A stretch of 64,000 bases of DNA from Lama glama (lineage: Eukaryota), in the NCBI GenBank assembly GCA_028534125.1, contig CM052832.1, positions 23,872,001-23,936,000 of the forward strand. Reading direction: 5' to 3'. Made by a program: the position numbers and the translations under genes. Positions 14,136 to 26,856 of the stretch are shown here, in pieces (the stretch's first letter is position 1; each line of letters begins with the position of its first letter). Below the pieces are notes generated by a model. The model was not told the origin of the DNA. It worked only from the letters and a program-made list of their open reading frames with translations, and ran no database searches.

Positions 14136-14574
14136 AATACACTGCACATTCATATTCACACACATACACACACGTGTGTCAAGACACATGGAAAAGAGTG
14201 TTCAAAAAGAGTGTTCACAGGAACCAACTCTAATGCCCATCAATAAGAGAATGGATAAATAAACCATAGAATATTTGCCAACATATAATATATAGTTACA
14301 CACAACAATATGGATGATTCTTTAAAACTTAATTTTAAGATTTTTAAAAGTGAGATGATTGTATACACCCTTTTTATGAACTGAAAAAAAAAAGCTAACC
14401 TAAATAGTATTGTTCAGGAATACATACATATGTCATAAAACTATTTGACAATAGAATCAGGGAGTGGTTAACACAAAATCCAGGATTGAGGGGGCACAGG
14501 GAATGACATAGGAGAAGAGCAAAAGGAAGATACAACAGTATAGGCAGCAATCTAATTCTTTTTTTCCCCCTTGT

Positions 14575-15540
14575 CTTCTGTTTATTTTTTTAACAGCTTT
14601 ATTGAGATACAACTCACATATGATATAATTCATCCCATCTGAAGTGTACAAACCAAACAATACAATGATGTTCAAAACCATCACCAGTCAATTTTAGAAC
14701 ATTTCTGTCAGCTCAAAAAGAACACTGTACCCTTCAACTATCACCTACCCACTTCACCAACTCCCATTCCTAAGCAACCACTAATCTGCTTTCTTTCTCT
14801 ATAGATTGCCTTGTTCTGGACATTGTCATACGAACAAGTCATACAATGTGTGGTCTTTTAGGACGAGCATCTTTCACTTACAATAAGGTTTTCAAGGGTC
14901 ATACATGTTGTCCATTTCACTCTCTTTTATGGCCAAATAATATCCCATTGTGTGGATATAACACATTTTATTTATCCATTCAGCAGCTGATGGACATTTG
15001 GGTTGTTTCTACTTTTTGGTTGCTATGAATGGTGCTGATATAAACATTTGTGCATAGATTTTTGTGTGGACATATGCTTTCACTCCTCTTGGATGTATAC
15101 ACTTAGAATGAAACTGCTGTATCACATGGTAACTCTACGTTTAACTTTTGAGGAACTGACAAGTTGTTTCCCAAAGCAGGTGCACCATTTAATATTCCCA
15201 CCAGCAACGTATAAGGGTTCCAATTGCTTCATGTCCTCACAAACACTTGTTATCTGACTTTTTCATTCTAGCCATCCTGGGTGTGAAGTGGTATCTCACT
15301 GTGGTTTTGATTTGCATTTGTCTGATGAATAATGATGTTGAGCATCTTTTCATGTGCTTATTGGCCACTTACATATCTTCTTTGGAGAAATATCCATTCA
15401 GACCCATTTTCATAATGGGTCATTTATCTGTTTATTATTGAGTTGTAAGAACTCTTTGTATATTTTGAATACAAGCTCCTTATCAGGTACAGGATTTTAA
15501 AATATTTTCTCCCATTTTGTGGGTTCCTTTTTCACAATTA
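14575..15540 (-). mobile_element. L1MB/L1MA-type 3' fragment
   Basis: Antisense L1 3'UTR and degraded ORF2 end (…gtgtgaagtggtatctcactgtggttttgatttgcattt…). Confidence 0.9.
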
Positions 15541-16029
15541 TCTAGTCCTTAAGCCTTAGGTTTTAAAGCCGTGACAAGGTTACAGGTGGTCATTTGAATA
15601 TGTTTATAGTTTACATAAACCTAGCATATTATTTTTTGTATAATCTATTACATAATGATTGAATTAAAAACAAAACCTCAAGCATAAAGATATCTGTTAG
15701 GAAATATTCAACACAAAACAAAACTCTAATGCCTAAAATAAGTTAATGCTAGTCTTAAAGGCATTTAACTTAACTCCTGGGTATGACTTAAGGCACTCAG
15801 AGAATCTGGCCCATTAATACTCTCAAAAGGTTCCTCTCCAAACTCAATCACATGGTAGGTAGGTGTAGCAAACTAATACCAACAGGACAAACCTGCCCCC
15901 TCTCCCCTCCTGTTTTTCTATCACCCTTCCTCTCCAAGCTAAAAATGAACTTTACATCTTTAATGCCTGAAAAAAAGAAGACTATTTCACTACTGGTGAA
16001 AATCAAGTGACCTTCCAATTTCAGTGACC

Positions 16030-16190
16030 GTGAGTAAAGTGAAATACGGCCATACCATCCCTTTGGGCATTGTCTACGGCTGCTTTTAAGCTGTAACAGC
16101 ACGGATGAATAGTTACTACGGAGACTACACAGTCAGCAAAGCCTACAGGTTTACTATCCAGCCCTTTACTCAAAAAGCTTGCCAAACCTT
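16030..16190. mobile_element. MER58-like hAT-Charlie DNA transposon fragment
   Basis: Resembles MER58 (…tgtctacggctgctttt…aaagcct…tttactatccagccctttac…aaaagcttgccaaacc). Confidence 0.6.
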
Positions 16191-17139
16191 ACCTTGTATC
16201 AACATGGTAAATTACTTCTCACTCCTACGATTAGCAGCAAAATCTATTTCCTACAAGCCCACCTTGACAGTCACTCTTATGATTTCTCACAGTCAATTTC
16301 TTCTCTTTAATAAATATGATATCTCGATTCTAATTTTATTAAGGATTTTTAGGTTTGGGGATCACAGAGTAAAATAGTGTAGTATCTTTAAAAAGTCATG
16401 ATCTAGCCATATTCAAAACTATCGGGTGAATCATTTTAACAAACTTTTATCACCTGCTCATTGCATGCTGTGAGTCAAATACTCCTGGGCGCAGTAACAA
16501 CTACCCAAAACCCCATCCTTGCCCTCAAGAGGCTTACAGTCTAATTAGACTCTAATAACTGTAAGAACAATTTCTCCAAAGACCACTCCACAATTAAACG
16601 GGCTTAGATATTTTACCAAGAATTCTAAGACATAGTCATTAAACCAAAAGAAGCAGTAAAGAAATAATACCTCCAAACAATTCTGGTAAACTTTGGTGCT
16701 TTAAGTCCCGCAGGCTTCTGCGTTCCCATGTCTATATAAGTCAAAGGTTCTTGACCTTTTTCACTGTGTTCACCTCCACTTTGGCTGTTTGGGTCTAATC
16801 CTACTTCAGTATCCTAAACGCAGCCACTCATACTGACTCACTTTAGAGAATGTATCAATTCAAGTATTGCCAAAACTTGCAGCCTATTCGTGATGCCAGA
16901 CCCCACTCCCATGGCAGTACAGAAAGGTCGTCTGCTACTTCCACAAACAACCCTCTACCCAAGGAGACTGCGACCCAGCGGTGAGGTGCCCTCTCCGGAG
17001 CTGTCCCTCAATGCCTCAGTGGCCTTTACGTTTTTTTCAAAGTGACTCGTGGCCTCGTCAGGTTCTGCAGAGAAGCCAGGTCTGTTTCTTTCCAGCACTT
17101 TCTGGCTAGGGTTAGATCCAGCCCAGTGACAGCTCCCCG

Positions 17140-17900
17140 GACCCCGCACCCCCGTGAGGCTTAGAGCCGAGCGGGCGAGCCCCCCCTAGAACTAGCCGGG
17201 CCTGGCGCGCAGCAGCGGGGCCCAGGGCCGCAGGTCCAGCCCCGAGGCCGCTCCGCGCCCGCGCCCCGCCTGCACCCCCGCCTTCCGGGCGCCGCTGCGC
17301 TGACCCAGTTGGGGCGCTCGCCCGCGCCCGGTCCCCGGCGCCCAGGCCCCCGCTCTCGCCCGCGTCCCCGGCATCCTGGCCGCACAGGCGCCCGCGCTGC
17401 CTTTATTCCTCGCGCCCTGCGCCCCGGCCCCTCTCTCTGCACCCCACCCACCGAGCGCAACTTCCGAGCGCGGGGCGCCCCCCGCACCTGCACGCCGGCC
17501 CCTCCCCACCCTCGTCCGGCCCGGCCGCTCCGGATTACCTGCTTGGGGGTCCTGGGGTCTGGTGCCCGGCAATGCCACGCCGGGTTCGGCCACTCGCGCC
17601 CTCCTCCCGCCGGCCCTCCTCCCCTCCGCCTCCTCCCCCCAGAGTAGGAGTCGGTGTCAGTCACGCTGCTCCTGGGGAGAGTGGCCGGCGGCTTCCGGGA
17701 GCTCCAAATACAGACAAGCCGAGGGGGAGAGAGAGGGAGAGGGAGGAAGGGAAGAGAGCCAGGCTCCGCGGGTGGGGAGTGGAAATAAAGGGGAGCAGAG
17801 AGGAGAGGGGGATGGAGGAGGGGAGGGGCAGATGGGCCGTGGGAGAAAAGAGAGGGAGATGAGGGAGGCAGAGGAAGAGAAAGGGACCCTGCCAAGCGCC
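17140..17900 (-). promoter_or_regulatory. CpG island promoter of an unidentified minus-strand gene
   Basis: Very high GC and CpG density over about 17140-17720, many GC boxes, ETS core cttccgg at 17692-17698, and a GA-rich tract at 17721-17885. Confidence 0.85.
17539..17720 (-). other. Probable non-coding first exon
   Basis: Minus-strand donor CAG|GTAATC at 17539/17538 inside the CpG island, with G-rich intron sequence after it. No ATG-initiated recognisable ORF. The TSS position is a guess. Confidence 0.55.
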
Positions 17901-19102
17901 AGGCTCTGAAAGAAATGAATTCACCGCATCAGGCAGCATTGCAAAGAAGTCTGGAAAGATCCGAGACGCTCCTGGCTGAAGGAGCCACAGATAGATTGGC
18001 TCCTCAAAGACTTGTGCAGAGAAGTGATGGATCCTTAGGAAGCAAGAGGCATGCCTGTGTGTTCCCCAACCCCAGGATAGGGATAAAGGTCCTGGCTGGA
18101 GAGGGAGGTGGACAAGAGCTGCTTTAGCTAGATGTCAAGTTCAGATGCACTCATATTTTGTAACAACATTTTAAACATTTTTAAATGTGTTTAAAGTGTA
18201 TTTTACATACATAACATCTTTAAAAGAAAGTAAATTGCCTGAATATTTAAAAACAAATGTACCCCCAAACCAATTTACTTTTATGTATGTATTTGTGGCC
18301 ATTCCTCTTTATATACTGATTATAATTACAAAATGGAGATTTTTACTTTTTTATTAACACTATTAGAAGGAAAATGTTGATATTCAATTGTTATTAATTT
18401 CAATCTAAAAAGTACACTTGAAGCTCTTCATTGAATGAATGCTAGGAAAATAATTATAGACAAGAGAGAAAAGGGAGGGGGAGTAATTGATACTTCTTAA
18501 AGCAAAATTTCTAAACAAACTCGGATCAGTGTCTAAAAAGCCAACATTCTCTGTCGATGTTAAAATTGCATCTAATTTGGTTCTGTGCATTCCAAGGCTT
18601 ATTCTGACCCCTCAGGTCACAACTTAAATGAAAGTTTTTCCTATCACACATTGCTCTTGTCCAACAGTGGTGATGAGGAGTGCCTCTTTGCTCCCCTTTG
18701 TCTGGAACGAAGGGAAATAAAATGACACTGTTTATGTCATCGATGACATTGCTAAATGAACGCACGCACCGCACATATCCAGAGCCAGTGCTACCCCTAC
18801 TATGCACATGCCTTGCATTTGGTAGGTATTCAATATACTTATACTGAAGGATGAATGAATGGATGAAATATATATATCTATATATCTACATATATATATA
18901 TAAGGACACTTATGTCCCAGGAATGCAAAAATATACCCTTAAGAACCAATTTTTACAGGTTTACAGGAAACTTCCAAACATCCAATCTAATATGATTTTT
19001 TTCTCTAGCATTAACTTCAATAATCATTAATAGAGCATTTATTTTAGCAAAGCATATTTTGCATTGGAGTATAAAGGATTATGAAGTACAAAAGTGAATA
19101 AG

Positions 19103-20153
19103 AAAATAGCACCCAAAGTAATAAAGTATCTGGGAATAAATCTAACCAAGGAGGTGAAAGAATTATACACAGAAAACTATAAACCATCGATGAAGGAAAT
19201 TAAAGAAGACTTTAAAAAATGGAAAGATACTCCATGCTCTTGGATTGNNNNNNNNNNNNNNNNNNNNNNNNNNNNNNNNNNNNNNNNNNNNNNNNNNNNN
19301 NNNNNNNNNNNNNNNNNNNNNNNNNNNNNNNNNNNNNNNNNNNNNNNNNNNNNNNNNNNNNNNNNNNNNNNNNNNNNNNNNNNNNNNNNNNNNNNNNNNN
19401 NNNNNNNNNNNNNNNNNNNNNNNNNNNNNNNNNNNNNNNNNNNNNNNNNNNNNNNNNNNNNNNNNNNNNNNNNNNNNNNNNNNNNNNNNNNNNNNNNNNN
19501 NNNNNNNNNNNNNNNNNNNNNNNNNNNNNNNNNNNNNNNNNNNNNNNNNNNNNNNNNNNNNNNNNNNNNNNNNNNNNNNNNNNNNNNNNNNNNNNNNNNN
19601 NNNNNNNNNNNNNNNNNNNNNNNNNNNNNNNNNNNNNNNNNNNNNNNNNNNNNNNNNNNNNNNNNNNNNNNNNNNNNNNNNNNNNNNNNNNNNNNNNNNN
19701 NNNNNNNNNNNNNNNNNNNNNNNNNNNNNNNNNNNNNNNNNNNNNNNGCTCCTGGAGAATGTCATTCTAAGTGAAGTAAGCCAGAAAGAGAAAGAAAAAT
19801 ACCACATGAGATCGCTCATATGTGGAATCTAAAAAACAAAAACAAACAAACAAACAAAAACAAAGCATAAATACAGGACAGAAATAGACTCATGGACAGA
19901 GAATACAGACTTGTGGTTACCAGGGGGGTAGAGGTTGGGAAGGGATAGACTGGGAATTCAAAATTGTAGAACAGATAAACAAGATTACACTGTATAGCAC
20001 AGGGAAATATACACAAAATGTTATGATAACTCACAGAGAAAAAATGTGACAATGAGTGTGTATATGTCCATGAATGACTGAAAAATTGTGCTGAACACTG
20101 GAATTTGACACAACATTGTAAAATGATTATAAATCAATAAAAAATGTAAAAAA
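19103..20153 (+). mobile_element. Young 5'-truncated L1 spanning an assembly gap
   Basis: ORF2 segment [20 protein letters not shown] before the gap and the ORF2 C-terminus, 3'UTR and poly(A) after it. Perfect 13-bp TSD AAAAGTGAATAAG at 19090-19102 and 20154-20166. Confidence 0.95.
19248..19747. other. Assembly gap (500 N)
   Basis: Run of exactly 500 N. Confidence 1.
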
Positions 20154-20169
20154 AAAAGTGAATAAGGCA

Positions 20170-20750
20170 CAAATCCCCCCCTGAGGTTTATCATACAGTG
20201 AGAAGATGAAGAGTATAAAAATGACCAGAGTATAAGAAGACTATAAAAAATGTCCTAAGAGACGTATGGACAAAGTTTGGGGATGTGCAGAAGAGAGGGG
20301 GTTGCTTCTGGTGCTGGGGACCAGAGGATGCCTCCTGGTGGAAGGAAGAGCTGAGCCTTCAAGCAGAAATAAGACAGTAAGAATAGGCAGTGGGGGAAGG
20401 ACATTCACGAGTAAATGACAGCAGGAACAGAAGTGGAGAGGTGATAAAGGATGGGGCATGTATGGACAGTCAGTGAGCGTAGCAGAAATGGAGAGCTGTG
20501 GGGCTCAGGTCTAGGAAGAAAGGATACTCAGCTGGTGGAGGCCTTCGACCTTAGTCTACATTGTTTGAAACCCAAGGGGCAAGCATTGGGGGGTTATTAA
20601 CAGTTTTGGAGCAGAGTCATGACAACAACAGTTAATTTGGTGGTGCTGTCTGGGATTGGAAAGAGATAGGAGTCAGGGAAACTGTCTCAGAAATAATTCA
20701 CTAGTTTGGAGGGGAAAGTAAAGGCTCTTAACCTGGTGCCTGAACTATCC
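20170..20750. mobile_element. Probable degraded L2 fragment
   Basis: Purine-rich pattern typical of antisense L2 (…ggatgcctcctggtggaaggaagagctgagccttc…). Confidence 0.45.
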
Positions 20751-23700
20751 CCTTAACTGACTCCACCTCGCATAGCTTCCACCTGCTGCGTGGTGGGTCC
20801 CTCGATGGGGCTAGCCCCAGTGAACTCTTCTTCCTCACAACTAACATTTATTGTCTGTATTTTCCAACTAGCCTGCAAAGTTCCAAGAAAGCAGGGGTCG
20901 TGTCTGTTTAAAGGTTCGAGACTATTTCCCAAAGCTGACACAGAAAGGTCAGTGAGTACATATTTATGGATACATTTTCCTCTTGTAGGATTAGCCCTGA
21001 AGGTGGTAGAGTTGGTAGAAAGAAGAGGACAGACGCCGGGCTTGTCTAAATCTTTTCAGACCTTGAGATTCCAACCCAACCTCGCCTTCTCCGTAGCAGA
21101 TAATCTCGTTATCTGCTGTACAAGGAGGCCAGAGCCATGTCAACTTCTACATCTTTTCCTTAGAGTTTCTTTGAATTAATGTCTCAGCAGAGCTAACCAT
21201 ATTCTCATCTCATTCTACCTGGGGCCTCGACATTGCAGCTGAGACTCCTCCTCTCCACTGGTTTTGTCCCTCTGGAGAACACTCCAGTTGCCACCAGCCA
21301 GGGCTGCACCAGAAAGCGGATAACACAGTAGACACATGGGGAAGAGGGGAGTCCACTGTTGGAATGTCTGTGGTTCTGCCTTTCTTTTTATACTGTAAAA
21401 CTTTTGAATTGACTATTTTTATATGAAGGGGCTTTGCAAGAATCATGACACAGGGTAGGTGACTCAGGATCTCAATGTTCATACCCTATAAAGCTCTTAC
21501 AAGAATCTGGTGAAATCCAGGCTTCCATGATCATCTCCTAGAATCTGCTCCTGAGGTCCGAGTGCACCTGCAGATCAATCTGACACGCAGGAGGCTGATC
21601 CTCTTGGCTGCTGAGATGCTAAGACCAGAGTATTGCCCCCTGGCTATTTTACTTGAGTCCCCTTTCCCCTTTTCTGGTCAGAGAATGGAAAACACCAAAT
21701 GGACACAGTGTTCTTTTTTGGAGCTTTTCCCAGCCCATGACAAGGAAAGGATAATGATGACATGCCTCTACAAACTTGCCTTCTCAGGAGTTAAAAGAGT
21801 TTTGAGGAACATGTTACCAATGTCCCATGAGAGTCTGCATTTCATTTTAGTAAGTCCCAGGTGGAGAGTTATCAATGGCAATTATACCAGCAGTTGATCC
21901 ACACATTGTCAGTACTGAGAATGCCACAACCTAGGCAAACAGAGCATTACAGTCACAGCTAAGACTTCCTGAGCACTTACCATGGGAATAAGTTCTTTAC
22001 ATTTTCTTCTCAAAGAGGGAACCAGGGTAGCCCAACTCTTGCTTCCTGACCCTTGTCCTCTCCACTGGAGCACCGGAAGCTTGTGCTGGAGAAGCCAAAG
22101 ACTCTGAAATTTAAAATATTCCAAACTTTTGCCATGTGAAGGTTCTTAGTAAAGATTTCTATCTTACTTGCTTTCATATGTCCTGACTCAGTAACTACAA
22201 GAGAGAGAGGGCTCTTTGATACTATGCTGTGTGGTCTGATTTTCCCTGCTATGAAGGAGTTGCACTGAGCTTTCCCTAGACGGAGCAGCTACCAAGTAAG
22301 GCAGAACTGGCCACAATGCATAACCTTTGCAACACCACCTCCATCGCCCACCTGCCTTCCACAACACACAGCCCCAGTCTCCTTTGGCCGCACCTTGTTC
22401 TTGGTTACATAATTCTAGCGCTTGGAAACAAATTGGAGGTAGCAGCACACAGCCCCCTTTCTCCCAAGGTGAGGATTCTTAGTTATTATTTTGATGGTTC
22501 TGTTCACCCACAAGTGGGAGGTGGGTGGGAAAGATGAGCACAGAAGCCGAGTGGAGGAACTATGAATAGAAGAAAGCCAAGGTGAGCAATGCCAGTTTCC
22601 CCAGCACCGCAGACATTAAGAATGACACTTTTTATTTGTTCAGTGAACAGAGATTGTTAACCTCAGATCCCAGACAGGCTTCAGGAGTCTGTGAGCTCCA
22701 TGAATCGTCTGTAATGGTTTAGGTTTTGTGCATTTCTCTGAGCAGATGAGCCACAGCTTTTATCATATTTTTTCAGAGTCATGTATGTCTAACAATCAAT
22801 CGAGATATCAATGATGTTATAGAAGTGCAAAACAGAGACGTGGTTCCTTCCTGCCGTTTCTTTCCAAGTCCTTCTGCAAAGCCAGCATCTCAGGCTCAGG
22901 TGAACATAGGCTCTGGTTCTCCAGAACAGAGGTGTGATCAGCCTCACTGAACAGAATCATCCAGGCAGATCATGTTTGTTATGTTCATCCTTTGGGGAAT
23001 ATCTTCTTTTTTTTAAGGGCACCTGTGATGGCCACACCTTAGAGGGATAACTCGCTAATCCCCCACACTGGAGGGGATGGGGTAAATAAGGTTCAGAGGC
23101 ATTTGAGAAGATGAAGAGGTCTGGTGGACACCACTCAAATCACAGGGCACGTCCCTAATAACTCACTTTGTGGATAAGGCTGTCCCTGCATGAAAATTTT
23201 ATGTAACTAGAAATAGATAAGACTGCTGGTCTTAAACCTAAGGATTCTTTTTATATTCCGCTCATCTGTTGGAGCTATACCTAAATAGTCCAGTCCACAT
23301 TCATCTCTTCCTCCTGAATGAATACCTTTAAATCTGAATAAATTTACAGTTTATTCATTAAATTATAAAGAAATTACTCTCTTAAAATGTTTTTCCTGTT
23401 TTCTGTTTTCTAAGTCTCCTTTATCTATCGTCAAGTGCCTAAAAGCAGGACCATACATATCGCAAATTTATTTTACATCATTATGTAATGCTTAAGAAAG
23501 GGCTGCCCATAGTCTCTTCCTCTCGGCTTGTGTTGACAATTAGCCTCCATTCACCTGTTGGCAAGGTGCCCCTGTGCCAGGCACACCTGCACAGCTGTAC
23601 CCAGTGGCCCTAACCAAGGACAGAACATGACATGCAATCAGCGTCAGTTAGCAGTTTCGTTGGTTTGCTTACTGAAACAGATCCAGATTTAAAGTCAGAG

Positions 23701-26469
23701 TTCAGAGGAATAGACAAGTGTGTCTGAAATAGTACAGAAAATTAAACTATTGCCCACAGTGTTTAATAAATATTTTTAAAATTCTAATTATTGGAAAGAA
23801 ATGAGATAAGGACTTTGAAAACAGAATAAGAGAAGTAATCGAATTAATTATAATTAGTTATAATTAATCAATAATTATAATAATAAACAATATTAATAAA
23901 ACAGAATTAATAAGAGCCAGATTCAAAAGTTTAGAGACAGTCTATACGGAAGAGATTATCCAAGAGAATTGAAGAGATCTGGCAGCCAATTTAAACCCAG
24001 AAAAGGTAAAGAAAAAGGGGCCAACACGGTATTTAATTCTTCTGAGTATAAAGAAGGCTTGAGAAAGTGAATTGCCTGAGACCAATAATTAAACAAGAGT
24101 TTATGAGTAGGAAGGCAAGATTATTTATCTTTCATTTGAATGGGATATCTTAAAAAGGATGAAAATATAGAACAAAAAATAAACACATCATTCTAACATG
24201 ACACACTAGTATCTGTATGTTCTTTCATTTCTTTTGATATTTCCTATATGATATATTTTGTAGTTATAAGTTAAAAGTGAAGTCAAAATGTGCAACTAGA
24301 ATAGAGAATTAGATTTCAGTGTGAAAAATAAGAGTATGTTTATTAAGCGGAACACACTTGCCTCTCTTATTTGATCACGGCTGAAGTAATGTTCATACAC
24401 TGTTGCTTTGAGGTGGGCTGGCTAATGACAGAGAAGAACGAAAGACTGAAAGACGTGGAAAAGTCTACCTAGAATTTAGCCAGAATTAACAACCCCCTTT
24501 TAAGGGACAGAAATGCCAACAAAATATCCATCCCGCTGGCACACAAGGCTTTCGATATGTATCGATGGAACTGATTATTGTGAAACATGCCATCTAGTTA
24601 GGGAAAAATCTGGAAAACATGCATTGTCTAGAAGAAACTTTCATTGTTCAAAACAATTTAAAACAGTAAATATTATAATCAGTGGTCTGTTACGAATTTA
24701 ATATTGTATATATGTATTATATATATGGCATATATTAAATACAGAGTATGTTTAATACATATAAAGAGTGGGTTGATCTGCAGTTTCATGGAATCTCTAA
24801 GACAGCACATGGAAAATTCCAAAACAAGAACTCCCTCCAGACAGGTCTATGCCTAGTCAAAGCACTGAAAACATTTCACAATGGTCAGCTCTAGATGTCC
24901 AAGTTTCTGCCTGTTTGAGTTCAACAGTCATCAACGAAATAGGAAGGATTCACTTCAAGTAATTTTCCTCACTAGATCCCCTACTTGGAAAACAGGACTC
25001 TATTGGGTTTTATGGATTCCTCAGCTCTTTGGGAGCAATGCAACCCAGATTAAGTATTTTGTAATGATCCTTTTTAAAAAAAGAAAATAAAGGCTGGTTT
25101 AAGCCTTGATCCTCCTTTATGACACCTCAAGAGTTTTGTTGATGTGTCCAGCTGTTTCTCATCAAATGTTAAGGGATAGACTCATGAGTTATTTAGGTGT
25201 CTGATCTATGTGAAAGGAAGAACTATGAGCCTTCTTACCCAGTTCTGGTCACAGCAGCAAGCATTTGTCTCCTCCTCCTCCTCTCCCCCACACTTCCCAT
25301 CTGAGATTACCTCCATCATCTTGTGACCAAAGGAGAAAATAACTCCCCAGCTGTCAGTGGCTTTCTCAGCTGCCAACCCAAGAACTTGATCCTACAGAGG
25401 GAAAGTCCTGCATTAAGCAAAGAGCGTGCATGTGCACACTTTTGATTTACACCACCCAGGCTTCTGGTGGTAGTCCTAACGAGGTACCTCTGCCTGCATC
25501 CACCTGTGCTCCCTGAAGCAAGTCTGTAAAGACTCTGCCTTTTGTTGTTGTTGTTGTGATTCTTCTTGCTTTGGCATAACTGTTCTGTTGAATATCTCAC
25601 GTGGACCATTGGCAGCTGGGTTTTATATGATAGAGAGGGAACATGCCTTGTTCATTTTATGTCATTTCAGAAATTATTTGTGTACTGCTGAATCTGTTAA
25701 TAGTTAGTGGACCAGTAGTGGGAGGACAGGAGGAGGCTCTGACTGAGGAGCTGGGAACTTGCTTAGCACTGGCTCTTTTCCCATGCTTCTGCTTTTCAAG
25801 GATCAGTAGGGCTGGAGGCTGGGGAAGCAGGAGGTGTGTGACTGAGAGGAGAAAGACAAAGGTACTCATGGATCCACCTGGCTGTGCATGCATGGAGGGA
25901 GGCCCTGGAAGAGGCAGCAGGTAAGGCCTGGGCTCTGTGCAGGGCAGAGAGGACAGCCAGAGCCAGAGCCAGGACCAGCCCCTGGTGCCAGGGCTGGCTG
26001 GCTGGGCTGCAGGCATCCTGGGGGCATGGAACCAGGGCCTGGCTGGAATAAAAACCTTCAAGTCCACCACCCATGACCATGTGGCAGGTCTTCCTGAAAG
26101 CAGTCCTGAATCCAAACAGAATCCCTAGAAGGGCTACATTTTTGATTTCACATTTTAAGAATAATAAAAGCATTAATGGGTGAAATTCTACACTTTCGAA
26201 ATTTTATTAAGTATCTTTCTATAATTTTGTGGATTTCTCCTAGTGGTGATGAAATATTACTGTACGAAATAAAATCAATGTGACCTCTGCAAATACCTGC
26301 GGGGACAGGGTGATAAACGGAAGGGAGAGCATTTTGCAGCCCAGAGTGGAGGACAGTTTATAGTTCCGTTTGCTCACATGATGAGGAGGAGGGAGAGGAT
26401 GCCGGCGGAGGAGGGGGCGGTACTTAACTCTAAGTTGACTTGGGGGCGGGGAAGTGATTAATTTCTTAC

Positions 26470-26571
26470 TTCTCACAGATGTAGCAATGGAAATTCATTT
26501 TCCTTCAACAAAATTTGATCTCTGACAATCCCTGAATGATTTACTACAACCTCATAAAAAGTGTCAGAGAC
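26470..26571 (-). other. Candidate 102-nt exon (transcript unknown)
   Basis: Acceptor ccttattttacag| and donor GAA|GTAAGA in unique sequence. One frame reads VSDTFYEVVVNHSGIVRDQILLKENEFPLLHL*, which I do not recognise. Confidence 0.3.
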
Positions 26572-26856
26572 CTGTAAAATAAGGCCAGTCAGCCCAAAAT
26601 TTTCTAAAAAGTAACTACAGAAAAGTCTGAATAATTGTGTGCTGCCACTCAAACATGTTGATACGTCTTCTACAATCATAAGTATGCACTTGAACTTTTC
26701 TTGTGTTACACGTTTTCTTGTTATGTACATTTATTTAGATGTTTCAAATACAAAAACTATTTCAGTATCATGAAAACGAGTATTTTAAAATCTAGTAACT
26801 GTATTTTTCTTTATTCTAACTTCTGTAACTCAGAAAAGAGTCTAGTGCCTGATGTT

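Noticed and set aside
17161..17939. Long overlapping ORFs (up to 244 aa) in the CpG island
   Set aside because: Pro/Gly/Arg low-complexity translations in several frames, expected from stop-poor GC-rich DNA. No recognisable domain.
18734..18749. Perfect 16-bp palindrome ATGTCATCGATGACAT
   Set aside because: About one palindrome of this length is expected by chance in 64 kb, and there is no supporting context.
19094..19832. ORFs of 180-280 aa spanning N runs (also 58347-59195)
   Set aside because: Artefacts of translating through gaps. The real parts are L1 ORF2 fragments.
24335..25620. Possible further minus-strand exons (about 25490-25617, and a terminal exon 24340-24468 with AATAAA)
   Set aside because: Weak acceptors and donor, and no recognisable peptide, so there is not enough support.
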